Below, one piece after another: positions 32,099 to 40,470 of a stretch of DNA of 40,770 bases; positions within the stretch are counted from its first letter, which is position 1, and each line of letters begins with the position of its first letter. The stretch is from positions 1 to 40,770 of the forward strand of contig JAWOID010000033.1 in NCBI GenBank assembly GCA_046484865.1. The letters run 5' to 3'. The stretch comes from Candidatus Krumholzibacteriia bacterium. GTDB lineage: Bacteria > Krumholzibacteriota > Krumholzibacteriia > LZORAL124-64-63. Position numbers and translations under genes: made by a program. The notes under the pieces were generated by a model. It saw only the letters and a program-made list of their open reading frames with translations. It made no database searches and was not told where the DNA came from.

Positions 32099-33389
32099 CC
32101 ATGCCGTCACCGTCGTGCCCCGCCTGCGTCGTCTCCTGCTTGCCGCGGTCATCGGAGCGGCGGCCCTGGTCGTCGGCCCGCCGGGTGCCGTGGGAGCCGA
32201 AGCCGCGCGACCGGCGCCGGGCGACGACCCGGTGCCGACCGTGGCGAACCCGCGCGAGGCGCCTCGGCGCGAGGCGGTCACCCTGCAGGAACTCTGGCGC
32301 GCCGGTGGCGACGACGACGAGGTGCTCATCGGCAAGGTGGGCAGCGCCGCGGCGGACGCCGAGGGACGGGTTTACGCGCTCGACAGCCAGCTCGCGCACG
32401 TCCTGGCGTTCGCGCCCGACGGCGGTTTTCTCGGCACGCGGGGACGGCAGGGCGACGGTCCCGGCGAGATGCGTCAGCCCATCGGTCTCAGCGTGGGCCC
32501 GGACGGGCGGCTCCACGTGGTGCAGACCTTCCCCGGCAAGATCATCAGCCTCGACCCGCAGGGGAACCCGGCCGGTTCCATCTCGCTGGGCGGGAACGAC
32601 CCGGGCCGGGGCGGCTTCGGTTTCGTGTTCGATGCCCGGACACGGGCGGGGCAGACGGTGGTGGCCGGCCTGCGGTCGGTGTTCGACGGAGCCTCCGGGG
32701 AGATTCGCGAGACCCGGTTCCTGGCCACCGTGGAGCCCGGCGGCGCCGAGGTGCGCCGTCACGCCGAGATCGCCTGCACGCGCAATCTGGAGCGCTTCAC
32801 GATCGACGAACTGGCCGAGTTCTACCCCGGCGAGCGGGGGTTGTGGGACCTGGGACCGGACGGTCGCCTGTGGCTGGTGAACCGGTACGACGCCTACGAG
32901 ATCGCGGTGCTCTCGCCCGATGGCGTCCGCGAACGCCTGGTCACCCGGCCGCACGAGGCCCGCCGTCGCACCGACGAGGAGATCCGGGAGATCCGCGCGT
33001 CCATGCGCATGAACATCAACGGTCGCGAGCCGGAGATCTCGCACGTGGTGCAGCCGCGGGCCAGGTGCATCACCCGCTTGCACGTGCTCGACGACGGCAC
33101 ACTCTGGGTGGAGAACAGCCACGGCCGCGACCGCTGGGACTCGGCCGGCGTGGTGGTGTACGACGTGTTCGACGCCCAGGGTCGGCTGCTGAAGGAGGTG
33201 GAGGTCACGGTGCCGCAGGGCGGCGAGGACCACCGGCTGATCCTGCTGGCCGACGGCCGTTTCCTGCTCGCGCTGGGCATGGCCGACCTGTCGGTGTCCA
33301 TCTCCGCCGGCTCCGGCGAGTCGGTGGCCGAGACCAGCGCCCCCGATGTGGACGTGCTGCCGGAGCTGGTCTGCTTCGCCGCGCCCTGA
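32091..33389 (+). CDS. Exported 6-bladed beta-propeller (NHL-like) protein
   Basis: Signal-peptide-like RLRRLLLAAVIGAAALVV; GRVYALDSQ, GRQGDGPGEMRQP, GPDGRL repeats, YDVFDAQGR. Confidence 0.75.
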   Translation: MNDHAVTVVPRLRRLLLAAVIGAAALVVGPPGAVGAEAARPAPGDDPVPTVANPREAPRREAVTLQELWRAGGDDDEVLIGKVGSAAADAEGRVYALDSQLAHVLAFAPDGGFLGTRGRQGDGPGEMRQPIGLSVGPDGRLHVVQTFPGKIISLDPQGNPAGSISLGGNDPGRGGFGFVFDARTRAGQTVVAGLRSVFDGASGEIRETRFLATVEPGGAEVRRHAEIACTRNLERFTIDELAEFYPGERGLWDLGPDGRLWLVNRYDAYEIAVLSPDGVRERLVTRPHEARRRTDEEIREIRASMRMNINGREPEISHVVQPRARCITRLHVLDDGTLWVENSHGRDRWDSAGVVVYDVFDAQGRLLKEVEVTVPQGGEDHRLILLADGRFLLALGMADLSVSISAGSGESVAETSAPDVDVLPELVCFAAP

Positions 33390-33425
33390 ACGGCGGTGCG
33401 GCGCGCCCCGAGCGCCGGCAGACGA

Positions 33426-33455
33426 GCGCGGCCCGCGTCGTGACGCAGGCCGCGC
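33426..33455. terminator. GC-rich hairpin between convergent genes
   Basis: GCGCGGCC-c-GCGTC-gt-GACGC-a-GGCCGCGC; no U-tract. Confidence 0.3.
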
Positions 33456-33491
33456 ATCGCTCCGCGCCGGGAGCGGATCGGCTGCAGCGGT

Positions 33492-33971
33492 CTACAGCGC
33501 CGGCCGCTCGTCCATGGGCGTGTCCACCGACTGGCGCAGCTTCGAGAGCATGTCGTGGTGCCGCTGCTCCTCCTCGGCCAGCTCCTCGCAGACGCGCCGC
33601 TCCTGTTCCCCGTCGACCAGGTCGGCCAGTTCGCGATAGGAGTCGCGGGCGAGCGCCTCGCGGCCGATGGCGAACTCGATCACCGCACGCATCTCGCCGT
33701 TCTTGATCAGCTCGCTCTCCTCCACCGGCAGGTCCCGCGCCAGCTCCGCTTCCTTCTGCTCGAGGAAGGCGGTCGGGTCCTGGCCCGCGGACCGCATGAT
33801 CTCGCCCAGGTCGTTCACGACGCGCCGCGCGTGGCCGTCCTCCATCTCCACGAGCTCGAGGAACACCATCTGCGACTCGCCCTCGCTGGTGAGGTCGGCG
33901 GCCTTCCCGTAGAAGATCCTCGCGCGCACCTCGTTCTCGATGGCGATCTTGACGATGTCGACTGTCTTCAT
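33492..33971 (-). CDS. Ferritin-like di-iron protein (rubrerythrin-like, no rubredoxin domain)
   Basis: Two E...Y...ExxH repeats: IENEVRARIFY/EMEDGH and GREALARDSY/EEEQRHH; GGGAG RBS. Confidence 0.88.
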   Translation of the reverse strand: MKTVDIVKIAIENEVRARIFYGKAADLTSEGESQMVFLELVEMEDGHARRVVNDLGEIMRSAGQDPTAFLEQKEAELARDLPVEESELIKNGEMRAVIEFAIGREALARDSYRELADLVDGEQERRVCEELAEEEQRHHDMLSKLRQSVDTPMDERPAL

Positions 33972-34100
33972 GCTCCCGCCCCTTCGTGCCGTCGAGAAGA
34001 ACCCGAGGCCGGCGCCCGCGGCCCGGCCGCTCTGTCAGCCCCGTCAAGATAGCATCCGGCAGCGAGGTGCGGTAGCGCGGCTCGCGGGCGTTCGATTGCC

Positions 34101-34128
34101 TTGACGGCCGATGGCGCCCGCGTATGCT
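34101..34128 (+). promoter_or_regulatory. Candidate sigma70-type promoter of the acyl-metabolism operon
   Basis: TTGACG-N16-TATGCT, ~30 nt before ATG 34158. Confidence 0.5.
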
Positions 34129-34157
34129 GTGTTCGATATCTTGCAAACGGAGGCGCG

Positions 34158-34385
34158 ATGTCCGCCCACGAGGCCTTCGCCAACCACGCCGCCCTGCTCG
34201 AGCAGAACCTCGACCTCGCCCGCAAGGACCGGAATCTCGCCGATCGCAACGGCGACGAACCCGCGCCCGGTCCTCGCGCCCGGCTGGCCGAGACGGAGCG
34301 CTGCCATGCGCTGGTGCAGACTCATCTGCGGCGCTTCCTCGCCGCAGGGGCCGTCGAGCGCAGCGGCCGGGAGGAGACGACATGA
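34158..34385 (+). CDS. Small hypothetical protein (75 aa)
   Basis: GGAGG RBS; stop overlaps the next ATG (ATGA); codons end mostly in G/C like neighbouring genes. Confidence 0.55.
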   Translation: MSAHEAFANHAALLEQNLDLARKDRNLADRNGDEPAPGPRARLAETERCHALVQTHLRRFLAAGAVERSGREETT

Positions 34386-35125
34386 ACCGACTGCAGGACC
34401 GGGTCGCCATCGTCACCGGCGGCGCCGCCGGGCTGGGACGCGCCACGGTGGAATTGTTCGCCGCCGAGGGGGCCGCGGTCTCCATCTGGGACGTGACCGC
34501 CGACCAGGGCGAGCAGCTGGCGGTGGAGCTGACCGGCGCCGGCCGGCGGGCGGAGTTCCGCCGCGTGGACGTGAGCGACCCGGCCGAGGTGACCGCCGCG
34601 GTGGACGCCGTGCGCGGGGCATTCGGCCGCATCGACGTGCTCATCAACAACGCGGGCATCACCCGCGACGCCACCCTCCTGAAGATGGAGGAGAACCAGT
34701 TCGACGCGGTCGTGGGCGTGAACCTAAAGGGCGTCTTCAACTGCGGCCAGGCCGTGGCGCGGGTGATGGTGGAGCAGGGCGCGGGGAGCATCGTCAACAC
34801 CAGCAGCGTGGTGGCGCTGTACGGCAACTTCGGGCAGACGAACTACGTGGCTGCCAAGGCCGGCGTGATCGGGATGACCCGCGTGTGGGCCCGCGAGCTG
34901 GGTCGCAAGGGCGTGCGGGTGAATGCGGTGGCTCCGGGCTTCGTCGCCACCGAGATGGTGAACGCCATGCCGGAGAAGATCCGCGCGATGATGGCGGACA
35001 AGACGCCGCTGCAGCGCCTCGGGCGTCCGGAGGAGATCGCCGCCGCCTACCTCTTCCTGGCATCGGACGAGTCGTCGTTCGTGCACGGGGCCGTGCTCAG
35101 CGTGGATGGCGGGCTGGTGGCTTGA
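34382..35125 (+). CDS. fabG: FabG/PhaB-like 3-oxoacyl reductase (SDR), probably NAD(H)-preferring
   Basis: GAGGAG RBS; TGGAAGLG, IWDV, NNAGITRD, GNFGQTNYVAAKAG, VAPGF. Confidence 0.85.
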   Translation: MNRLQDRVAIVTGGAAGLGRATVELFAAEGAAVSIWDVTADQGEQLAVELTGAGRRAEFRRVDVSDPAEVTAAVDAVRGAFGRIDVLINNAGITRDATLLKMEENQFDAVVGVNLKGVFNCGQAVARVMVEQGAGSIVNTSSVVALYGNFGQTNYVAAKAGVIGMTRVWARELGRKGVRVNAVAPGFVATEMVNAMPEKIRAMMADKTPLQRLGRPEEIAAAYLFLASDESSFVHGAVLSVDGGLVA

Positions 35126-35144
35126 TCCGGCGGGGAGGGAGATC

Positions 35145-36161
35145 ATGATGGACGGCGCACCGCGACCGCACGTCACGCGCAACGCCCGCATCGTCGCCAC
35201 CGGCATGCACGTCCCCGCCCGGGTCCTGACCAACGCCTGGTTCGACCGGCAGCTGGGGGAGGACGTCGGCACCTGGCTGGTGGAGAACCTGGGCATCCGC
35301 GAGCGCCGCTGGTGCGGCCCGGACGAGAGCACCGCCGATCTGGCCACCGAGGCCGCGGTCGAGCTGCTGGCTGCAGCCGGCCTGGGCGCGGACGACCTCG
35401 ATCTGATCGTGGTGGCGACCGACACGCCCGAGTACATATCGCCGGCCACGGCCGCGGTGGTCCAGCACCGTCTGGGCGCACTGCGGGCCGGCAGCTTCGA
35501 CCTCAACACCGCCTGCGCCGGCTTCGTGACCGCGCTGGATCTCGGGGCCAAGTACATCCGCAGCGATCCGCGCTACACGAACATCCTCGTGGTGGGCGCC
35601 TATGCCATGAGCAAGTACCTGGACCTGAACGACAAGAAGACGGTCACCCTGTTCGCCGACGGCGCTGCGGGCGTGGTGCTGCAGGCCTCCGACGGCGATC
35701 GGGGGTGGCAGGCGGCCCGCCTGGAGACGCGCGGGCAGTATCACGGCTGGATGGGGATCTACGCCGGCGGTACGGCCCGGCCGATCACGCCGGAGGTGCT
35801 GGCGGCAGGCCAACACCAGCTCCGCTTCGTCAAGAAGTTCCCCCGCGAGCTGAATCCCGAGGTCTGGACGCAGGTGGTCACCGAGACGGTGGCCGATGCC
35901 GGGCGGCGGATCGATCAGATCGACCGCATCTTTTTCACCCAGATCAACATCAACAGCATCCGGGCCGCCATGGAGGCGCTGGAACTGCCCATGGAGCGTA
36001 CCCACTGCGTCATGGACCGCTTCGGCTACACCGGATCGGCCTGCATTCCCATGTGCCTGGCCGAGGCGGACGCCGCCGGGCAGCTCCGCGAGGGCGATTT
36101 CGTCGTGTTCATGGGCTCGGGCGGGGGTCTGGCCTTCGCCTGCGCCGCGTTCACCTGGTAA
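35145..36161 (+). CDS. FabH/KAS III-like condensing enzyme with non-canonical catalytic residues
   Basis: LGIRERRW, TACAGF (Cys kept), LFADGAAG, FTQIN (canonical HQAN), FGYTGSA (canonical GNTS), GSGGGL. Confidence 0.88.
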   Translation: MMDGAPRPHVTRNARIVATGMHVPARVLTNAWFDRQLGEDVGTWLVENLGIRERRWCGPDESTADLATEAAVELLAAAGLGADDLDLIVVATDTPEYISPATAAVVQHRLGALRAGSFDLNTACAGFVTALDLGAKYIRSDPRYTNILVVGAYAMSKYLDLNDKKTVTLFADGAAGVVLQASDGDRGWQAARLETRGQYHGWMGIYAGGTARPITPEVLAAGQHQLRFVKKFPRELNPEVWTQVVTETVADAGRRIDQIDRIFFTQININSIRAAMEALELPMERTHCVMDRFGYTGSACIPMCLAEADAAGQLREGDFVVFMGSGGGLAFACAAFTW

Positions 36162-36206
36162 CGCCGCCGCGTCGCCGCGCCGGCGCCGACGGTCCGGGGA
36201 GGTTTC

Positions 36207-37766
36207 ATGCAGGCCGGCGATCTCTCGGTCGCGATGCTGGCAGCCTGGGCCGCGGTCGGACTGTACGCTCTGGTGATATTGGTGCTGGTGGTGCGCGGCG
36301 CCCGGCGCAACCGTTCGCTGGCCGACTACGCCCTGGGCAACCTGGCCTTCTCGCCGGTGGCGGTGGGGCTGGCGCTGGCTGCCTCCATGACCAGTGCCGC
36401 CACCTTCATCATCAATCCGGGCTTCATCGCGCTGTATGGCCTGAGCGCCGTGCTCTCGTACGGCATCGTGCTGCCCCTGGCGGCGGTGACGTCCCTCGTG
36501 GTCCTTACCCACGGATTCCGGCGCCACGGCTCCAGCGTGAAGGCGCTGAGCATGGCCCAGTGGATGGGCACCCGCTACCGCAGCCGTGGCATGGCGCTCC
36601 TCTTCGGCGTCCTCTCGCTGCTGCTGATCACCTTCATCGTCCTCATCGTGGTCGGCCTGACGAAGGTCCTGAGCGCGGCGCTGGGCATCGGCGAGACCGC
36701 CGCTCTGTTGGGCCTAGTGGTCTTCGTGTTCGGCTACATGATGTTCGGCGGCGCCAACAGCATGGTCTACACCAACACCGTGCAGGCGACGCTCATGCTG
36801 ATCGTCGCCTGGATCCTGCTCGGTTCCGGCTACGATCATTTCGCCGACGGCGTGCGCGGGTTCCTGGCGCGGCTGCGCGCGATCGATCCGCTCCTGGTGG
36901 CGCCCACCAACCCCGACAGCTTCCTGTTCCGCAGCTGGTTCGAGATCATCGTGGCGCAGATCGTGGTGGGCGTGGCCATCGTCTGCCAGCCACACATCAT
37001 CACCAAGAGCCTGCTGCTGAAGAACGACAGCGACGTGAACCGCTACCTGCTCGTCGGCGGCGTGACCGAGTTGATCTTCTTCGCCGTGGTGTTTGCCGGA
37101 CTGTACGCCCGGCTGGAGTTCCCCGATCTCACCGTCGGCGGCGTCCCCCTGGCCATGGACGGCATCATCCCGGCCTACGTGGTGCACGAGTTCCCCGTCT
37201 GGCTGGGGCTGGTGGTGGTGATGGGGCTGATCTCGGCGGGACTGTCCACGCTGGAGGGACTCGTACAGGCGCTCACCACGACGATCACGTCGGACCTGGT
37301 GGTGCCGCTGGGAGGGCGCTGGCTGCCGGCCGAGGGCAGCGAGGCGCGCGACCGGACGCTCCTGTGGATCGGCCGCGCAGCCATGGTGGCGCTCGCCGTG
37401 GCCACCGTCGCGCTGTCGCGCCAGCAGCTGGTCAGCCCCCGGCTGAGCGTGGCCATCTTCGCCCAGAACGGCGTCTACGCGTACTTCTCGGCCGCGTTCG
37501 TGCCCATCCTCTTCGGCATGTTCCTGCCCCGTACCCCCCGTGCCGCCGCGGTGGCTGCGGCCCTGGCGGCGGTGGTGGTCCACTTCGCGATGTTCTACGG
37601 CCGGGTGCGGGTGCCCGGAACCGTCGCCACCGGCGAGAATCCCGCGGTCGCGGCGTGCGTCGCGATCCTGGTGGCGGTAACCGTGGGGGGAGCGATCTAT
37701 CTGGTACTGGCACGGGGGCGGCGGGACGAGGACGCCGCCGTATCCACCGGCGCCCCGAGGAGGTGA
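36207..37766 (+). CDS. Sodium:solute symporter (SSS/SLC5; PanF/PutP-like)
   Basis: GGAGG-ATG; DYALG, AASMTSAATF, FGG..SMVYTNTVQ, QPHI, SAGLST; about 13 TM segments. Confidence 0.92.
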   Translation: MQAGDLSVAMLAAWAAVGLYALVILVLVVRGARRNRSLADYALGNLAFSPVAVGLALAASMTSAATFIINPGFIALYGLSAVLSYGIVLPLAAVTSLVVLTHGFRRHGSSVKALSMAQWMGTRYRSRGMALLFGVLSLLLITFIVLIVVGLTKVLSAALGIGETAALLGLVVFVFGYMMFGGANSMVYTNTVQATLMLIVAWILLGSGYDHFADGVRGFLARLRAIDPLLVAPTNPDSFLFRSWFEIIVAQIVVGVAIVCQPHIITKSLLLKNDSDVNRYLLVGGVTELIFFAVVFAGLYARLEFPDLTVGGVPLAMDGIIPAYVVHEFPVWLGLVVVMGLISAGLSTLEGLVQALTTTITSDLVVPLGGRWLPAEGSEARDRTLLWIGRAAMVALAVATVALSRQQLVSPRLSVAIFAQNGVYAYFSAAFVPILFGMFLPRTPRAAAVAAALAAVVVHFAMFYGRVRVPGTVATGENPAVAACVAILVAVTVGGAIYLVLARGRRDEDAAVSTGAPRR

Positions 37767-37768
37767 GC

Positions 37769-39355
37769 ATGCGGTGTCCCGAGGTGGACTGGGTGGCCCG
37801 GTGGGCGCATTACACGCCCGGCCGCCTCTGTCTGCGCGATCACGACGACGGCCGGGAATGGACGTACCTCCAGACCGAGCGTCGCGCCGCCGCTCTGGCG
37901 GCCCACCTGCACGCGGCGCGCGGCGTCGGGCGTGGCGATCGGGTGGGCGTCCTGGCGCGCAACACCAGCGAGCACGTCTTTCTCTTCCTGGCTTGCGTGA
38001 AGCTCGGAGCCATTCTCGTGCCACTGAACTTCCGCCTCACCGCTCACGAGCTGGCGACTCCCCTGCGGGATGCGGCACCCGTGGTGGTCTTCCACGACGC
38101 CGAGCACGCCGGACGCCTGGCCGGCTCCGGCGTGCAGGCGGCGGAGCTGGAGGAGGTGTCGGAGATCGTGGCCCCCGGCCGAGCGCCGGCCTCCACGCCC
38201 GGGCGCGGCGACGGCATCCTGTCGCCCGACCGATCCGGTGCCCTGGAAGACGTGGTGATGATCCTCTACACCGCCGGCAGCACCGGGCAGCCGAAGGGCG
38301 CCATGATCACCCACCGCATGCTGCTCTGGAATGCCGTCAACACCGAGCTGCGGCTGGACATCACCAGCGCCGATCATACCCTGGGCTTCGCGCCCTTCTT
38401 CCACACCGGCGGCTGGAACGTGCTGCTCACGCCCTTTCTGCACCACGGGGCGAGCCACACGCTGCTGAAGGGCTTCGACCCCGACCTCATCCTCGAACTG
38501 ATCGCCGGCGAACGGGTGACCATCCTCTTCGGCGTACCCACCATGCTGCAGATGCTCGCCGACGCCCCGGGCTTCGGCGCCGCCGACCTTTCCAGCGTGC
38601 GCTACGCCATCGTCGGGGGCGCGCCGATGCCGCTGCCGCTGATCGACACCTGGCACGGTCGCGGCGTCTTCGTCCGCCAGGGCTACGGTCTCACCGAGGT
38701 GGGTCCCAACTGCTTCTCGCTGCACCAGGACCATGCCGTGTCGCACCGTGGCTCCATCGGCTTTCCGAACTTCTACGTCCAGGCCCGGGTGGTGGGCGAC
38801 GAGGGCCGCGACTGCGCCGCCGACGAGGTGGGCGAACTGTGGCTGAAATCGGAGGTGGTGACGCCCGGCTACTGGCGCGACGAAGCGGCCACCCGTGCCG
38901 CCCTGGTGGACGGCTGGTTCCGGACCGGCGACCTCGTGCATCGCGACGCCGACGGCTTCTTCTACGTGGTGGATCGCCAGAAGAACATGATCATCTCGGG
39001 GGGCGAGAACGTGTACCCCGCCGAGGTGGAGCGCTGTCTGCTCGAACATCCGGCGGTGCGGGAGGCCGCCGTGATCGGCGTGCCTCACGCGCGCTGGGGA
39101 GAGGCGGGACACGCGTTCCTCGTGCTCGAACCGGGGCGGACCGTCGACCCCGTCGCGCTGCGCGAGCACTGCCGGTCCCGTCTGGCCGGGTACAAGATTC
39201 CCCGTCACATCACGTTCACGAGCGGGTTGCCGCTGAACGACGCCGGCAAGCTGGACCGGCTCGCACTGCGTCGGCTCGCCGATTCGGGGCCGGGCGGCGC
39301 TGCCGCCGCGCCGGCCACGCGTTCCAACCCTCCTCAAGGAGACGATGGATCATGA
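37769..39355 (+). CDS. Acyl-CoA synthetase (AMP-binding, FadD/MenE-like)
   Basis: PLNFRL, YTAGSTGQPKG, PFFHTGG, GYGLTE, GWFRTGD, DRQKNMIISGGENVYPAEVE, GKL. Confidence 0.93.
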   Translation: MRCPEVDWVARWAHYTPGRLCLRDHDDGREWTYLQTERRAAALAAHLHAARGVGRGDRVGVLARNTSEHVFLFLACVKLGAILVPLNFRLTAHELATPLRDAAPVVVFHDAEHAGRLAGSGVQAAELEEVSEIVAPGRAPASTPGRGDGILSPDRSGALEDVVMILYTAGSTGQPKGAMITHRMLLWNAVNTELRLDITSADHTLGFAPFFHTGGWNVLLTPFLHHGASHTLLKGFDPDLILELIAGERVTILFGVPTMLQMLADAPGFGAADLSSVRYAIVGGAPMPLPLIDTWHGRGVFVRQGYGLTEVGPNCFSLHQDHAVSHRGSIGFPNFYVQARVVGDEGRDCAADEVGELWLKSEVVTPGYWRDEAATRAALVDGWFRTGDLVHRDADGFFYVVDRQKNMIISGGENVYPAEVERCLLEHPAVREAAVIGVPHARWGEAGHAFLVLEPGRTVDPVALREHCRSRLAGYKIPRHITFTSGLPLNDAGKLDRLALRRLADSGPGGAAAAPATRSNPPQGDDGS

Positions 39356-40290
39356 AATGGACCCTCAAGACCTCGCTGCTGTTGACCGCCGCCCTGGGCA
39401 TGATCGCCCTGGGCGCGTGCGACGACGACGACGACGGCAACGGCATCGTCACGCCGCCCGTCGAGGCCCAGATCGTGGGCACCTGGTTGAGCGCCGGCGA
39501 CGACGTGGCGCCGCTCCTGGTGGCCGTCTTCAACATCGACAGCGTCCGGGTGACCTTCTTCGACAACAACACGGTGCGGCTCGAGCAGCACACCGAGAAC
39601 GGCGCCTGGACCACCAACACCGGCATCTACACCGTCCAGGACGTCGCGGACAACCCCATCGACGAGTTCGTCGCCAGCTACTCCAACCCGAGCTTCACGC
39701 AGGAGGGGATCATCCGGATCTTCGAGGCCAGTCCCGACTCGATGTGGCTGGAGGTGGTGCAGACCGAGCCGAACATCGGCGCCATGGTGCCGACGCCGGA
39801 CGGAGGTTTCGGCGCCGATCCGGCGCTCGGCAACAGCAACATCCAGGTCTACCGCCGGATCAGCGACGAAGGCACCCCGCCGCCCGACATCCAGGTGCTG
39901 GGCACCTGGCTGAGCGCCGGCGATGACGTGGCGCCGCTCCTGGTGACCGTCTTCGACATCGACAGCGTGCGGGTGACCTTCAACGCGAACCAGACCCTGA
40001 CGCTCGAGCAGCACATCGAAGGTGGCGCCTGGACCACCAACACCGGCACTTACGCTGTCACCGACACGCCGAACAACCCCATCGACGAGTTCGAGGCCAG
40101 CTACTCCAATCCGAGCTTCACGCAGGAGGGGATCATCCGGATCTTCGAGGCCAGTCCCGACTCGATGTGGCTGGAGGTGGTGCAGACCGAGCCGAACATC
40201 GGCGCCATGGTGCCGACGCCGGACGGAGGTTTCGGCGCCGATCCGGCGCTCGGCAACAGCAACATCCAGGTCTACCGCCGGGTCGAGTGA
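39352..40290 (+). CDS. Lipoprotein with two tandem ~141-aa beta-rich (lipocalin-like?) repeats
   Basis: AAGGAG RBS; signal peptide with lipobox LGAC followed by DDDDD; two copies of GTWLSAGDDVAPLL...NIQVYRR. Confidence 0.88.
   Translation: MKWTLKTSLLLTAALGMIALGACDDDDDGNGIVTPPVEAQIVGTWLSAGDDVAPLLVAVFNIDSVRVTFFDNNTVRLEQHTENGAWTTNTGIYTVQDVADNPIDEFVASYSNPSFTQEGIIRIFEASPDSMWLEVVQTEPNIGAMVPTPDGGFGADPALGNSNIQVYRRISDEGTPPPDIQVLGTWLSAGDDVAPLLVTVFDIDSVRVTFNANQTLTLEQHIEGGAWTTNTGTYAVTDTPNNPIDEFEASYSNPSFTQEGIIRIFEASPDSMWLEVVQTEPNIGAMVPTPDGGFGADPALGNSNIQVYRRVE
39478..40281 (+). repeat. Intragenic tandem duplication, period 423 nt
   Basis: Copies start at 39478 and 39901; 39688-39858 and 40111-40281 are identical over 171 nt. 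Confidence 0.95.
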
Positions 40291-40303
40291 CCGCGGTTCT
40301 GGT

Positions 40304-40331
40304 GGGGACCGGCCTGCCGGGGCCGGTCCCC
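40304..40331 (+). terminator. Perfect 11-bp hairpin after the lipoprotein gene
   Basis: GGGGACCGGCC-tgccgg-GGCCGGTCCCC; no U-tract, so it may be an mRNA-stabilising stem rather than an intrinsic terminator. Confidence 0.55.
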
Positions 40332-40372
40332 TGGCGGCCGCGGCGGCAAGCGGCGGCGGACTGGGGGGTGAC

Positions 40373-40470
40373 ATGAGCAGAGACGACCGATGCGCGGGAG
40401 CGACGGCGTGGGCGCTGGGGATCCTGCTGGTCGTGACCGCGACGGGCGTGGCGGCCCAGCCGGTTCCCGA
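40373..40470 (+). pseudogene. 5' stub of an exported protein (signal peptide only), cut at a junction
   Basis: GGGGGTG RBS-like sequence; MSRDDRCAGATAWALGILLVVTATGVAA-QPVPD; downstream sequence belongs to an unrelated minus-strand gene. Confidence 0.55.

Noticed and set aside
34112..34127. Sigma54 promoter TGGCGC...TATGC
   Set aside because: GG-to-GC spacing is one base too long; the overlapping sigma70-like reading fits better.
34382..36161. Housekeeping fatty-acid synthesis (fab) operon
   Set aside because: No acpP, fabD, fabF or plsX; the FabH homolog lacks His/Asn and the SDR looks NAD-type.
39478..40281. CRISPR array or DGR template/variable repeat pair
   Set aside because: Both copies are in-frame coding domains, differences are not adenine-specific, and no cas or reverse transcriptase gene is present.
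35312..40290. 1347-aa and 838-aa ORFs suggesting large fusions
   Set aside because: Their N-terminal parts overlap the FabH-like, SSS or ligase genes out of frame; RBS-supported starts are 37769 and 39352.
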